64,000 nt of DNA from an uncultured delta proteobacterium (GCA_963816145.1 CAWFJP010000002.1:128001-192000), one strand, 5' to 3'. Counted from the stretch's first letter, positions 9,525 to 19,321 are shown. Notes: a model not told the origin generated them from the sequence alone. Numbers and translations are program-made.

Positions 9525-10505
9525 ATGATTCGAGCAATTGCCTTCGTGTTGGCTTTGATCGGTGCAAGTGGATTGGCGTCCGCGCAATCCCTGACTCGAG
9601 TGATGTCCGGTTACGCCGCGACCTCCGGACCGCATGCGGTACTCTGGATCGCGCGCGATGCCGGTTTGTTCGAGAAAAATGGCTTGCGCACCGATGTTGC
9701 CTACATTCGTAGCGGCTCGACCATGGCGCAAACCCTGGTCTCCGGAGATATCCAAATGTCGCAGATGGGTGGGCCGGCGACGCTGGCAGCAGGCGTTGCC
9801 GGCATGGATGTGACATTTGTCGCGGTTGCCCTGAACACGACGCCGATCGTGATCATGGGAACGGTCTCAAAAATCGCAGAGTTGAAGGGCAAGGCAGTCG
9901 GAATCACGCGTTACGGCTCTAACACCGATATTTCTGCGCGCTACGCAATTCGCAAAGCTGGTCTTCAGCCGGAGAAAGATGTGGCACTGGTTCAGCTCGA
10001 AGATTACGCGGGTATTATGGGCGGCATCGCCTCGGGCCGCATTGCCGCGGGTGCCCTCGCCGATCCTTTTACCGATGCGGCGAAGAAACTTGGCTATAAG
10101 GAGATCGCCGACGTTGCAGCTATGGGCCTGGAATTCCCCTTTGTTGGGATCGCCGCTAAAAAATCATACATCAAAGACAATCTCGATACGGTGCAGCGTT
10201 TTGTGCGCGCTTACACCGAGGCGATAGCGATCTACAAGAACAATCGTGAGCTGGCGATGAAAATCACCGGCAAGTACACTGGCATTAAAGATCAGGCTAT
10301 CCTCGGATCGACTGTCGATTTTTATGCGCCGAAGTTACAGCGAGTGCCACTCGCCACCGTTGGCGGGCTGCGTTTCGTTCTCGACCAGGTCGCGGTGCGC
10401 GATCCGCGCGCCAAGAATTACACACCGGAGACTTTCATGGATATGCGCTTCGTCAAGCAGTTGGAAGATAGCGGTTTCATCAAGTCGCTCTATCCGAAGG
10501 GCTGA
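9525..10505 (+). CDS. ABC-type substrate-binding protein, NMT1/SsuA/TauA-like
   Basis: Signal peptide, GLFEKNGL, ELKGKAVGITRYGS, LEDSGFIK. Confidence 0.88.
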   Translation: MIRAIAFVLALIGASGLASAQSLTRVMSGYAATSGPHAVLWIARDAGLFEKNGLRTDVAYIRSGSTMAQTLVSGDIQMSQMGGPATLAAGVAGMDVTFVAVALNTTPIVIMGTVSKIAELKGKAVGITRYGSNTDISARYAIRKAGLQPEKDVALVQLEDYAGIMGGIASGRIAAGALADPFTDAAKKLGYKEIADVAAMGLEFPFVGIAAKKSYIKDNLDTVQRFVRAYTEAIAIYKNNRELAMKITGKYTGIKDQAILGSTVDFYAPKLQRVPLATVGGLRFVLDQVAVRDPRAKNYTPETFMDMRFVKQLEDSGFIKSLYPKG

Positions 10506-10529
10506 TTGCACTGCATCCAGTTATCTGTC

Positions 10530-11717
10530 CTACGAAAGCGCGACCTTATCCCGTGCCAGAAATAGGCTCGCGATAAATAGCGTACATAGAGCGACGGCCA
10601 TGATCGTTGGAATCAAGTAGTTGACGGAGGGTAGAATCGCCAGGACCACCAAGCCGATGCCCATCGCCGGCGGCACTTGAGATTTGACCAGGCTAAGCAA
10701 TAGCGCGCAGGGAACGATGAGTAGCGTGAGGTCGTGAGTGAATAGATGCGGGAGCCCAATCAGCAGGCCAAGGCAGTTCGCGATCCAACGGGTCGCGTGA
10801 TCATCGCGATGCTTAACCCCGCGCCAATTGACCCAAAGCAAAATTCCGACCACAATCGCGCTTAGGACCCACCAAGCCGCGGTATGCCAAGCTTGTGGTA
10901 ACCCGTAGATGACCAACACGCGTAAATTGTGCATGCCACGCCATTGATTCCACCAATCGCTATCCGCGGTTACCATCCGCCGTGCCAGCTCAAAATACTG
11001 CGCTGAAGCGGCGAAACCGATCCAGAGAAACAGGCCGATTATGAATAGCGTGCCGACGGCCGCGCCGACGAAAAATTCGCGCCAGCGCTGCCGCACCAGC
11101 ATGATCAAATGGGGGATTGCGAGATATTGTGGCTTGATACAGAGTAATCCCGCCCAAACTCCTGCAACTGGACGCTCTGCTTGCCTCTGAGCGAGCACAT
11201 GGTGCGTTAGAAAAAACAGGACAATGGCCGATGTTTGACCGTAGAAGACGACGCCGTGGACGGCATAACTACAGAGTGTGAATAACAGCAGCCAATGAGA
11301 TTGATCGGTGGATAGATTCAAACCGCGAATCAACAATCGCAAGCTCTGCCCGATCAGCAGCAGATTCACCAGCGTCATGATCAAGAATGCGGTGGAGAAA
11401 TTGAACAGCGCCAGGGGTGCGAGAAACGCCGCGGTAATCGGCGGATAAACGAAAGGTAATACCTTTTCCACCGGCGCGATGCGGTTTTGATAGGCTTGTT
11501 GGCGATCGAGATCGTAGAGCGATTGGCGATCGTCCCAGATCAGTTGCGCAGCCGCGTAGAAGGTGACGAAGTCGGCAACGCAGTTGTCGGTGCTGCACTT
11601 GGGAACATGATGGGTATAGATGTTCCACCAGTTAATGCTCATCAGGAAGGCTAGACCCACGCCGACGCCAACAAGGGTCGCCTTGATGCGGTTGACTTGA
11701 CTTGTGCTCGCCATCAT
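10530..11717 (-). CDS. GT87 / DUF2029-like membrane glycosyltransferase
   Basis: DFVTFY, FVYPP, GQ, IKPQ and HD motifs within a polytopic membrane protein. Confidence 0.8.
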   Translation of the reverse strand: MMASTSQVNRIKATLVGVGVGLAFLMSINWWNIYTHHVPKCSTDNCVADFVTFYAAAQLIWDDRQSLYDLDRQQAYQNRIAPVEKVLPFVYPPITAAFLAPLALFNFSTAFLIMTLVNLLLIGQSLRLLIRGLNLSTDQSHWLLLFTLCSYAVHGVVFYGQTSAIVLFFLTHHVLAQRQAERPVAGVWAGLLCIKPQYLAIPHLIMLVRQRWREFFVGAAVGTLFIIGLFLWIGFAASAQYFELARRMVTADSDWWNQWRGMHNLRVLVIYGLPQAWHTAAWWVLSAIVVGILLWVNWRGVKHRDDHATRWIANCLGLLIGLPHLFTHDLTLLIVPCALLLSLVKSQVPPAMGIGLVVLAILPSVNYLIPTIMAVALCTLFIASLFLARDKVALS

Positions 11718-11770
11718 TGGGACTCGGACAAATTCTTGGCGATCGATGAGCGTGATTCGCTCGGCTGTTG

Positions 11771-12265
11771 TCAGCCTTGGGCTAACGCCAATCCAAGTAG
11801 CACCGCCACCGGGCCGAGTCCGGCGTTGAGTTTGAGGAGCATGAACCAGCGGCGCCAGTCGCTCAGCAATGGCTCTGGCCAGACCGTTGCGCTGGGGTTA
11901 ATTGCTGCGGTTTGTCGGGCGATGCTCGGTGCGTATTTGAAAACTTGCAGACAATGATGAACCGTCATGGCCAGGAACACGAAGAGTTTGCCGCCAAGCA
12001 GGATCATGTAGGCGTTGCCCGGCGCGGCGGCAATGGGGTCGCGCAGCGCGAGATTGGCGATGCCCGTGACAAACAGCAGGCCGATGCCGATCCATGAAAT
12101 CGTTTCGAGGCCGATGCGGCCGCGGTCCATGGTGCGGATGGCGATGCTCGGGTCCATGTCATGCACCGCCGGCCCCATGACGACTAGAAAAAAAACCATG
12201 GCGCCAATCCACATCGCGAAGGCGACTAGGTGCAAAAATAAGCTCACCGTGTGCCAGGTAGTCAT
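11771..12265 (-). CDS. CopD-like / DUF4149 four-TM membrane protein
   Basis: FLHLVAFAMWIGAM, LFVTG, K..V...M..HH pattern; divergent from the cox operon. Confidence 0.7.
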   Translation of the reverse strand: MTTWHTVSLFLHLVAFAMWIGAMVFFLVVMGPAVHDMDPSIAIRTMDRGRIGLETISWIGIGLLFVTGIANLALRDPIAAAPGNAYMILLGGKLFVFLAMTVHHCLQVFKYAPSIARQTAAINPSATVWPEPLLSDWRRWFMLLKLNAGLGPVAVLLGLALAQG

Positions 12266-12421
12266 GATGAAAGTTTGAACAAACGCAACTTTGTCAGTAC
12301 CATCGGCGCCAAACCATTGCAAATCTCTGGCTATACTTCTTGAAATGGCGCTATCGCTATGTTAGCTAGAACCTAGTTTTTTTCTTACAACTTCCAAATA
12401 TAACAAGGATGGTTGGATAAA

Positions 12422-13087
12422 ATGATGCAGTGGTTGCCGGAGAATGTGTCGACGTTCGGAGCTGAGATCGACTCACTTTTTTATCTGATCTATTACATCA
12501 CCGCGGTGGTTTTCGTTTTGGTTACCGTGTTGATGGTTTTGTTCCTAGTCATGTATCGCGACACCGGCGCCCGGCGCGCCACTTACAGCCATGGCAATAC
12601 CACGCTGGAAATCATTTGGACGATCATTCCCGCGGCGATTTTGATCGTGTTGTCGTTCATGAGCGTCAATACTTGGGCGAAGGTGAAACGGCATGCTCCG
12701 GAAAGCGACTTCGAAATCGCGGTGGCGGCCAAGCAATTTAACTGGGAAGTTTCTTACGCCGGTCCCGATGGCAAGCTTGGCACCGACGATGACGTGAAGT
12801 TCGATAACGATATTCACGTGCCGGTCAATAAGCCGATTCGAGTGCAGCTCTCTTCAAAAGACGTCATTCATAGTTTCTTTCTGCCCAGCTTTCGTCTCAA
12901 GCAGGACGCGGTTCCAGGCCGAACCATTTTGGTTTGGTTCGAAGCGACCAAGACCGGCAAGTATGAGTTGCCCTGCGCGGAGCTTTGCGGTTTCGGTCAT
13001 TCGGGCATGAAAGGTTGGCTCTACGTGCACACACCCGACGAATACAAGAAATGGGCAGACGAAACACTTGCGCCCAAGCCGCAGTAA
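12422..13087 (+). CDS. coxB: Cytochrome c oxidase subunit II
   Basis: LEIIWT, DVIHSF, CuA motif CAELCGFGHSGM; no fused cytochrome c domain; start may be TTG 12413 or ATG 12422. Confidence 0.95.
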   Translation: MMQWLPENVSTFGAEIDSLFYLIYYITAVVFVLVTVLMVLFLVMYRDTGARRATYSHGNTTLEIIWTIIPAAILIVLSFMSVNTWAKVKRHAPESDFEIAVAAKQFNWEVSYAGPDGKLGTDDDVKFDNDIHVPVNKPIRVQLSSKDVIHSFFLPSFRLKQDAVPGRTILVWFEATKTGKYELPCAELCGFGHSGMKGWLYVHTPDEYKKWADETLAPKPQ

Positions 13088-13140
13088 ACAGCCATTCATC
13101 ATTAGAGTTCGTACGACTGCGCTAACGGAGGATATTTAGG

Positions 13141-14901
13141 ATGAGCGATACAGCAGCCGCGCACCCCGCGCAGGCCCATCATCAGGAATTAGGTTTCATT
13201 CGAACCTATATTTTCTCTCTCGACCACAAAATGATTGGCCGACAGTTTCTGTTTCAGGGGCTGTTTATGATTGTTGTCGGCGCCTTGCTGGCGATGCTGG
13301 TGCGCTGGCAGCTGGCCTGGCCGGAAACTCCCGTTCCGGGGCTCGGCTTTATCTCTGAACCTTATATTTATCCGGGTCCGAACGGTGGCGGCATTATTCC
13401 GCCGCAAACCTACAATGCGCTTTTCACCATGCATGCGACGATCATGATCTTCTTCGTGGTCATGCCGATCATGATTGGTACGTTCGGGAATTTTCTAATT
13501 CCGCTGATGATTGGCGCCGGAGATATGGCTTTCCCGAAGCTCAACATGCTTTCCTTTTGGGTCGCCTTCGTGTCCGGTATTGTAATGTTGTCGAGTTTCT
13601 TCGTTCCCGGTGGACCGGCGGCAGGCGGCTGGACTAGTTATGCGACCCTGTCGGCACGAGCGCAGTATACGGGCGTCGATTTAGGGCAGAACTTGTGGAT
13701 CATTGCGTTGCTCATCAACGGTGTTTCCTCGCTGATGGGCGCGATCAACTACATCACGACGATTGTGAATATGCGCGCCCCGGGCATGCACTACTTTCGC
13801 ATGCCGTTGACGGTCTGGTCGCTATTTATCACCGCCGTACTTTTGCTATTGGCGCTGCCAGTTTTGACCGCGGCGTTGGCAATGTTGTTGTTCGATCGGG
13901 TCGCCGGCACCAGCTTTTTTCTTCCTGAAGGCGGCGGCGAACCGCTGCTCTGGCAGCATATGTTCTGGTTCTTTGGTCATCCGGAGGTTTATATTCTGGT
14001 TTTGCCGGCGATGGGAGTGACGTCCGACTTGCTCTCGACTTTTTCGCGCAAGCCGGTGTTTGGCTATCACGCCATGGCCTTTTCTATGATTGCGATCGCA
14101 TTTCTCTCGTGGGTCGTTTGGGGCCATCATATGTTCATCAGTGGCATGAACCCGCTGCTTGGTACGGCCTTCATGATGACGACCATGGTCATCGCGATTC
14201 CGTCCGCGATCAAAGTCTTCAACTGGCTCGGCACGCTGTGGGGCGGTACGATTCGCTTGACGGTGCCGATGCTCTTTGCCTTGGGTTTTGTCTCGAACTT
14301 TCTGATCGGCGGTCTCAGCGGTATCTTCATGGCTTCGACGCCGGTCGATATCTTCATCCACGATACCTATTATATTGTCGCCCATTTTCATTACGTCGTC
14401 GCCGGCATCGTGTTCGCTTTGTTCGCGGCGGTTTATTATTGGTTCCCGAAAATGTTTGGCCGTATGATGAACACCGGGTTGGGCAAGGTTCACTTCGTCT
14501 TGACCTACATATTCTTCAACGGTGCGTTTTTCCCGATGCATTTCTTGGGCGTCGCGGGCCATATGCGGCGCATTTATAACCCGACCCAGTATGAATTTCT
14601 CCAGCCGATGCAGCACTGGAATGTTTTCATTACGGTCAGTGCTTTGCTTTTGGGTGCGTCACAAATTTTCTTTGTCGTCAACTTTTTCTGGAGTTTGTTC
14701 GCCGGCAAGAAGGCCGAACAGAACCCCTGGCAGGCCAACACTTTGGAATGGACGGCACCGACGCCGCCGCCGCATGGTAACTTCTTGACTCAACCGATTG
14801 TTTACCGCGGCGCGTATGAATACAGCTCGCCCGAAGTGAAAGAGGACTGGTTGCCGCAGGATAAGAATCTAGGCGCGAGCGCCGCCACGCGGGCGCATTA
14901 G
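13141..14901 (+). CDS. coxA: Cytochrome c oxidase subunit I (type A1)
   Basis: TMHATIM, D-channel DMAFP, GHPEVY, WGHHM, K-channel AIKVF, HFHY. Confidence 0.97.
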   Translation: MSDTAAAHPAQAHHQELGFIRTYIFSLDHKMIGRQFLFQGLFMIVVGALLAMLVRWQLAWPETPVPGLGFISEPYIYPGPNGGGIIPPQTYNALFTMHATIMIFFVVMPIMIGTFGNFLIPLMIGAGDMAFPKLNMLSFWVAFVSGIVMLSSFFVPGGPAAGGWTSYATLSARAQYTGVDLGQNLWIIALLINGVSSLMGAINYITTIVNMRAPGMHYFRMPLTVWSLFITAVLLLLALPVLTAALAMLLFDRVAGTSFFLPEGGGEPLLWQHMFWFFGHPEVYILVLPAMGVTSDLLSTFSRKPVFGYHAMAFSMIAIAFLSWVVWGHHMFISGMNPLLGTAFMMTTMVIAIPSAIKVFNWLGTLWGGTIRLTVPMLFALGFVSNFLIGGLSGIFMASTPVDIFIHDTYYIVAHFHYVVAGIVFALFAAVYYWFPKMFGRMMNTGLGKVHFVLTYIFFNGAFFPMHFLGVAGHMRRIYNPTQYEFLQPMQHWNVFITVSALLLGASQIFFVVNFFWSLFAGKKAEQNPWQANTLEWTAPTPPPHGNFLTQPIVYRGAYEYSSPEVKEDWLPQDKNLGASAATRAH

Positions 14902-14902
14902 G

Positions 14903-14992
14903 CAAAAGTCGGAAAAATGAAGGCGAAAAGATGAAGTCCGAATCGGAGCGGGTGAACTCATCCTTCACCCCTAGTCCTTCGTCCTTTTCCCT
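14903..14992. repeat. Inverted micro-repeat hairpin (ATGAAG/CTTCA-type units) overlapping the ctaA start
   Basis: aaatgaaggcgaaaagatgaagtc ... ctcatccttcacccctagtccttcgtccttt. Confidence 0.6.
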
Positions 14993-15899
14993 CTGGCCGC
15001 ACCGGCTCGCGCTGTTGCTCGCCTGTGCGACCTTCCCACTGCTGTTTATCGGCGGTCTAGTCACCAGCCTGGGGGCCGGGCTGGCGGTTCCGGACTGGCC
15101 GACGACTTTTGGCTACAACATGTTTTTTTATCCCTGGTCGAAAATGATCGGCGGGATTTTCTATGAACACAGCCATCGCCTGATCGCATCTTTGGTTGGT
15201 TTGATCACCATCGCGCTCGCCTGGACGTTTTGGACTAAGGAGAAGCGCGAATGGCTACGATGGCTTGGTGTCGCAGCGCTCGGACTGGTGGTCGTTCAAG
15301 GCGTGCTCGGCGGCCTGCGCGTGGTTTTGCTGCAACAGACCTTGGCGATCATTCACGCTTGCACGGCGCAGGCGTTTTTCGCTCTCGCGGTAAGCCTCGC
15401 GCTATTTAGCTCCACCGAATGGCGCGCACCGGTGAGGGAAAAGCGGATCGCCGATGGCGGCCGCTTGCGCCGGCTAGCGACCATTACCACCGCTATGATC
15501 TATCTGCAGATCGCTTTCGGCGCGGTGCTGCGCCATACGGGCGAGCGCATTGATGCCCATTTGGTGTTCGCGGCTCTGGTCGCGCTGCATGTGGTTTTGC
15601 TCGTGGTCCGCACCGTGCGCCTGCATGCGGACCATGCGAAACTGCTGCGCCCGGCTTATTTATTAACCGCGCTGTTGGCGCTCCAACTGATTCTTGGCAG
15701 CGCATCGTATTTCAGTAAGTTTAGCGTCGTGCTACGCTGGCCCTACGAAATAATCGTCTTGACGACCACGACGCATTTGATCGTCGGTGCTTTGATGTTA
15801 GTCTCCAGTTTAGTTTTCACCATGAGAGCCTATCGCTTCTCCGCTTCAGTGTCAGACTCGCTTAACGCGAAGGTGCTAACGGAGCAGTTTTCCGTATGA
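14931..15899 (+). CDS. ctaA: Heme A synthase (COX15/CtaA)
   Basis: GLAVPDWP, EHSHR, QGVLGG and conserved His residues; the CPDWPxC cysteines are absent. Confidence 0.9.
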   Translation: MKSESERVNSSFTPSPSSFSLWPHRLALLLACATFPLLFIGGLVTSLGAGLAVPDWPTTFGYNMFFYPWSKMIGGIFYEHSHRLIASLVGLITIALAWTFWTKEKREWLRWLGVAALGLVVVQGVLGGLRVVLLQQTLAIIHACTAQAFFALAVSLALFSSTEWRAPVREKRIADGGRLRRLATITTAMIYLQIAFGAVLRHTGERIDAHLVFAALVALHVVLLVVRTVRLHADHAKLLRPAYLLTALLALQLILGSASYFSKFSVVLRWPYEIIVLTTTTHLIVGALMLVSSLVFTMRAYRFSASVSDSLNAKVLTEQFSV

Positions 15900-16801
15900 A
15901 TTCCCCTACAAATACCGCGGCGCTCACCAATGCCGGCGCGCTGCGGCGCGTGGCTGATTTTATTGAATTGGCCAAGCCCCGAGTGGTGCTGATGGTGTTG
16001 ATCACCACGTTTGTCGGATTCTATCTGGGCTCGGCAGACGTGCCGAACTATCTGCGTTTGCTGCAAACGTTGTTCGGCACAGCGCTGACAGCCGGCGGCA
16101 CGCTCGCGCTCAATCAGTACATCGAGCGCGACACCGATGCGTTGATGGATCGAACCAGGCGCCGACCGCTGCCCGATGGGCGCGTGCAACCGGGCGAAGC
16201 GTTGTGGTTTGGCATCACCATCGCATTGGCGGGCCTTATTTATCTCGCTCTCGCGGTGAATTTTCTCAGCGCCCTGGTCACGGCTTTCATTACGCTCAGC
16301 TATCTGGTTCTTTATACGCCGATGAAGCCCCGTAGCTCGTTATGTATGCTGGTCGGTGCCGTGCCGGGTGCGTTGCCACCCGTGATCGGCTGGGTCGCGG
16401 CGCGCGGCAGCATGGACAACGCGGCGTGGGTGCTCTTTGCCATCATGTTTCTTTGGCAAGTGCCGCACACGCTGGCGATCGCAAGGTTGTATTGCGAAGA
16501 TTACGCCAAAGCCGGAATCCAATTTTTGCCGGTGATCGAACCCGATGGCGAAAGCACCAATCGGCAGATTGTCAGCCACTCGGCGGCGTTGCTTGCCGTC
16601 AGTCTACTGCCCACGCTGCTCGGTTCCGCGGGGCCGTTTTACTTCGTCGTGGCGTTCGTCCTCGGCGTGGTTTTTTTGTCCTACGGCATTCGTCTCGTGC
16701 TTCAATCGACGCGCCAGCGGGCGCGCCAACTGCTTTTTGCGTCGCTAATTTATTTGCCGGTGCTGTTATTGGTGATGGCACTCGACCGCATACCGTTATG
16801 A
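15896..16801 (+). CDS. ctaB: Protoheme IX farnesyltransferase (heme O synthase)
   Basis: LAKPRV, NQYIERDTDALMDRTRRRPLP, YT..K, GALPP, WQVPH. Confidence 0.95.
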   Translation: MNSPTNTAALTNAGALRRVADFIELAKPRVVLMVLITTFVGFYLGSADVPNYLRLLQTLFGTALTAGGTLALNQYIERDTDALMDRTRRRPLPDGRVQPGEALWFGITIALAGLIYLALAVNFLSALVTAFITLSYLVLYTPMKPRSSLCMLVGAVPGALPPVIGWVAARGSMDNAAWVLFAIMFLWQVPHTLAIARLYCEDYAKAGIQFLPVIEPDGESTNRQIVSHSAALLAVSLLPTLLGSAGPFYFVVAFVLGVVFLSYGIRLVLQSTRQRARQLLFASLIYLPVLLLVMALDRIPL

Positions 16802-16926
16802 TTTCTGCACTGACAATGGACAGGCACGATGGCTCGCAGAAACGGAATCTGCGTCTAGGTTTGGCGTTGGGCTTATTGGCCCTGCTTTATGTCGCCGCTG
16901 TGATCGCATTTCTTGTTATCTATTGA
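16798..16926 (+). CDS. Small single-TM protein in the cox operon (42 aa)
   Basis: ATGA overlap with the ctaB stop; ...QKRNLRLGLALGLLALLYVAAVIAFLVIY*. Confidence 0.6.
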   Translation: MISALTMDRHDGSQKRNLRLGLALGLLALLYVAAVIAFLVIY

Positions 16927-16938
16927 ACGGAAACCATT

Positions 16939-17602
16939 GTGGCCAAGGATTCCACCGCAAGAGTTTTGCCCGAGTTTGAGCCGCCGGTAGCGCCGCGCAA
17001 GAATCAGTTTGGCGGTGGTGATCTGCCGCCGCCGGCGCGGTCGAGCGTTCCGGTCGGCGCCAATGCGTGGTTGGCGGTGGTGATGTTCCTTGGCGCCGAG
17101 GCGATGTTCTTTGCCGGTTTGATCGGTGCCTATCTGGTGTTTCGCGTCGGTGCGGCGATCTGGCCACCGCCGTTTCAGCCGCGTCTGCCGGTGATCGTCA
17201 CCGGCATAAACACCGCTGATCCTGCTTTCAAGCGCGCTGACGATGCGCTTGGCGATCCATGCAGTTCGCCGTGCCGATCGTTCGAAATTGGTGCGATTTA
17301 TCGGTGTCACGGCGCTGCTCGGAGTGATTTTTCTCGCGGTGCAAGGATATGAGTGGTTGGAGCTGATTCACTTCGGCTTGACGGTGTCGAGCAGTGTCTA
17401 TGGCGGACTTTTTTATACTCTGATTGGTTTTCATGCTGTACACGTCTTGGGTGCTTTAGTCTGGCTCGGTGTCGTGTTTCACTTAGCGCGCAACGGCCGT
17501 TACTCGAAGGCCAACCATGTGGGCTTGCAAACTTGCGCTATGTATTGGACGTTTGTGGTCGGGTTGTGGCCGATTCTCTACGGTTTGGTTTATCTCTACT
17601 GA
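16939..17602 (+). CDS. coxC: Cytochrome c oxidase subunit III paralog 1 (frameshifted in this sequence)
   Basis: FLGAEAMFF, GINT(L)ILLSS, QGYEW, IGFHAVHV, YWTFV; frameshift at about 17215. Confidence 0.85.
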
Positions 17603-17612
17603 GGCAGTTTGG

Positions 17613-17641
17613 TTGACAGGGGAAACCCCATAGGCTAATTT
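17613..17641 (+). promoter_or_regulatory. Possible internal sigma70 promoter
   Basis: TTGACA (17613-17618), 17 nt, TAATTT (17636-17641), upstream of the ATG at 17658. Confidence 0.45.
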
Positions 17642-17657
17642 TTGACTACGGTGAATT

Positions 17658-17945
17658 ATGAAAATTAAAAATTGTCTTGGTCTGTTCAGCGTTGCCGCCG
17701 TTTTGTTTGCCTCGCAGGTGATCGCGCATGCCTGTTCGGTGTGCTTGACCGGGGCCAACGATCCGACTGCGGACGCGTTCAATGCCAGTGTGTTGTTTTT
17801 GATGGCGACGCCCTATGCGGTCGTCGGCTCCATCGGCGGCGGGCTCTTCTACGCCTACCGGCGCAAGCTCGCTAAACCTGAGCCGGAACCGATCGAACAG
17901 CCAGTCGTGCAATTGCGATTGAATCAGGAGGAAGTGGGCAGATGA
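17658..17945 (+). CDS. Small exported membrane-anchored CxxC protein
   Basis: Signal peptide ending AHA, mature N-terminus CSVC, one TM helix; ATGA-coupled to the next gene. Confidence 0.8.
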   Translation: MKIKNCLGLFSVAAVLFASQVIAHACSVCLTGANDPTADAFNASVLFLMATPYAVVGSIGGGLFYAYRRKLAKPEPEPIEQPVVQLRLNQEEVGR

Positions 17946-18550
17946 GTGAAGCAGTGGCGGTGCATGGAGGAGCGGAGGCTAACGAGACTCCTTTAACCCC
18001 GGAAAACTGGGGCAAACTCGGCATGTGGTTGTTTCTTGCCGGCGATGCCATGTCGTTCGGCTGTTTAATCGTCGGCTACGGTATTCTCCGTCATGCCAGC
18101 ACCAAGTGGCCGATTCCCGCCCAGGTACTGGGCATTAATTTAACCGCGTTCATGACCTTTTTACTGATCGTTAGCAGCGTCTGGATGGTTTTGGCGTTGG
18201 CGGCGATTCAAGAGGGCAACAAGGCCAAGTTCAACAAATTTCTCGGCTTGACGATTTTGGGCGGGGCGATGTTTCTTGGCTGCCAGGCGTACGAATGGAC
18301 CCATTTACTCCAGCACCGGTTGCCTGAATTGAATATCTTTTTCTCGACCGATCTGTTCGCCACGACGTTCTTCATTCTCACCGGATTTCACGGTCTGCAT
18401 GTCACCGGCGGCGTGATCTATAACACATGCGTCTTGGCGGCGGTCAACCGTGGGCGTTATCAAGCCAAGCATGTCGAGATCGCCGGTCTGTACTGGCATT
18501 TTGTCGATCTCGTGTGGATCTTGATTTTCACTTTCGTTTACTTGCTCTAG
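17942..18550 (+). CDS. coxC: Cytochrome c oxidase subunit III paralog 2
   Basis: GMWLFLAGD, QAYEW, LTGFHGLHV, GLYWHFVDLVW. Confidence 0.93.
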   Translation: MSEAVAVHGGAEANETPLTPENWGKLGMWLFLAGDAMSFGCLIVGYGILRHASTKWPIPAQVLGINLTAFMTFLLIVSSVWMVLALAAIQEGNKAKFNKFLGLTILGGAMFLGCQAYEWTHLLQHRLPELNIFFSTDLFATTFFILTGFHGLHVTGGVIYNTCVLAAVNRGRYQAKHVEIAGLYWHFVDLVWILIFTFVYLL

Positions 18551-18572
18551 TTCCCATCTCGAGGAAACCGTT

Positions 18573-18851
18573 ATGACAAGCGAAGCCCATTCGACCTCCA
18601 ACTACATCAAAATATTCTGGATTCTCTTGGCGCTCACCGTCATCGAGGTCGCTATCGTCTATATGGGTTTGCCGAAAATGCTGCTAGCCTCACTGTTGGT
18701 GATCTTTGCAGTCTGGAAAGCTGCCTTGGTGGCGATGCATTTCATGCATTTGAAATTTGAGAAGAAGACCCTCACCATCGTCGCGCTCGCGCCGTTCGTG
18801 CTTTGCATTTTCCTGGTTCTCATGTTGATGCCGGATATTTTCCCCCATTGA
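18573..18851 (+). CDS. coxD: Cytochrome c oxidase subunit IV
   Basis: LLALTVIEV, KAALVAMHFMHLKFE. Confidence 0.9.
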   Translation: MTSEAHSTSNYIKIFWILLALTVIEVAIVYMGLPKMLLASLLVIFAVWKAALVAMHFMHLKFEKKTLTIVALAPFVLCIFLVLMLMPDIFPH

Positions 18852-19264
18852 TTTCCATCGCGCAACTTCCGACTCTGAATGCGGCGCTGAACAGTCTCAG
18901 CGCCGTTTTTCTTTGTGCCGGCTATTTCTTCATTCGCAGCAAGAACCGCGATGCCCACCGGCGCTGTATGGTCGCGGCGCTCGCTTGTTCGACGCTATTT
19001 CTGATTTCCTATCTCGTCTACCATTTCCAAGTCGGTTCGGTGGGCTTCAAAGGTCAAGGCTGGATTAGGCCGGTCTACTTCACTATTCTCATCACCCACA
19101 CCCTGCTTGCGGCGGCTATCGTGCCGCTGGTGCTGGTAACCCTGATCCGCGCGCTACGCGAGCGATTCGACGCTCACCGGCGCATCGCCCGCTGGACTTT
19201 TCCAATCTGGTTGTACGTTTCGATTACCGGCGTGGTGATTTATCTAATGCTGTACGGCATCTGA
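18848..19264 (+). CDS. DUF420 family membrane protein (cox-associated)
   Basis: LPTLNAALN, HRRCM, FLISYL.YH, ILITH, HRRIARWTFPIWLYVS.TG; TTG start overlapping the coxD stop. Confidence 0.9.
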   Translation: MISIAQLPTLNAALNSLSAVFLCAGYFFIRSKNRDAHRRCMVAALACSTLFLISYLVYHFQVGSVGFKGQGWIRPVYFTILITHTLLAAAIVPLVLVTLIRALRERFDAHRRIARWTFPIWLYVSITGVVIYLMLYGI

Positions 19265-19321
19265 GAACCGTAAGCGCCCATAACACGGCTTCGGATCTGT
19301 AGGCGCGATACCTACTGAGCA

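Noticed and set aside
9439-9816. Long N-terminal extension of the minus-strand SBP in the ORF track
   Set aside because: It overlaps the divergent SBP gene; a good SD and signal peptide support the start at 9438.
17200-17245. Programmed ribosomal frameshift in coxC
   Set aside because: No slippery sequence at the site, and similar breaks occur in unrelated genes, which favours sequence error.
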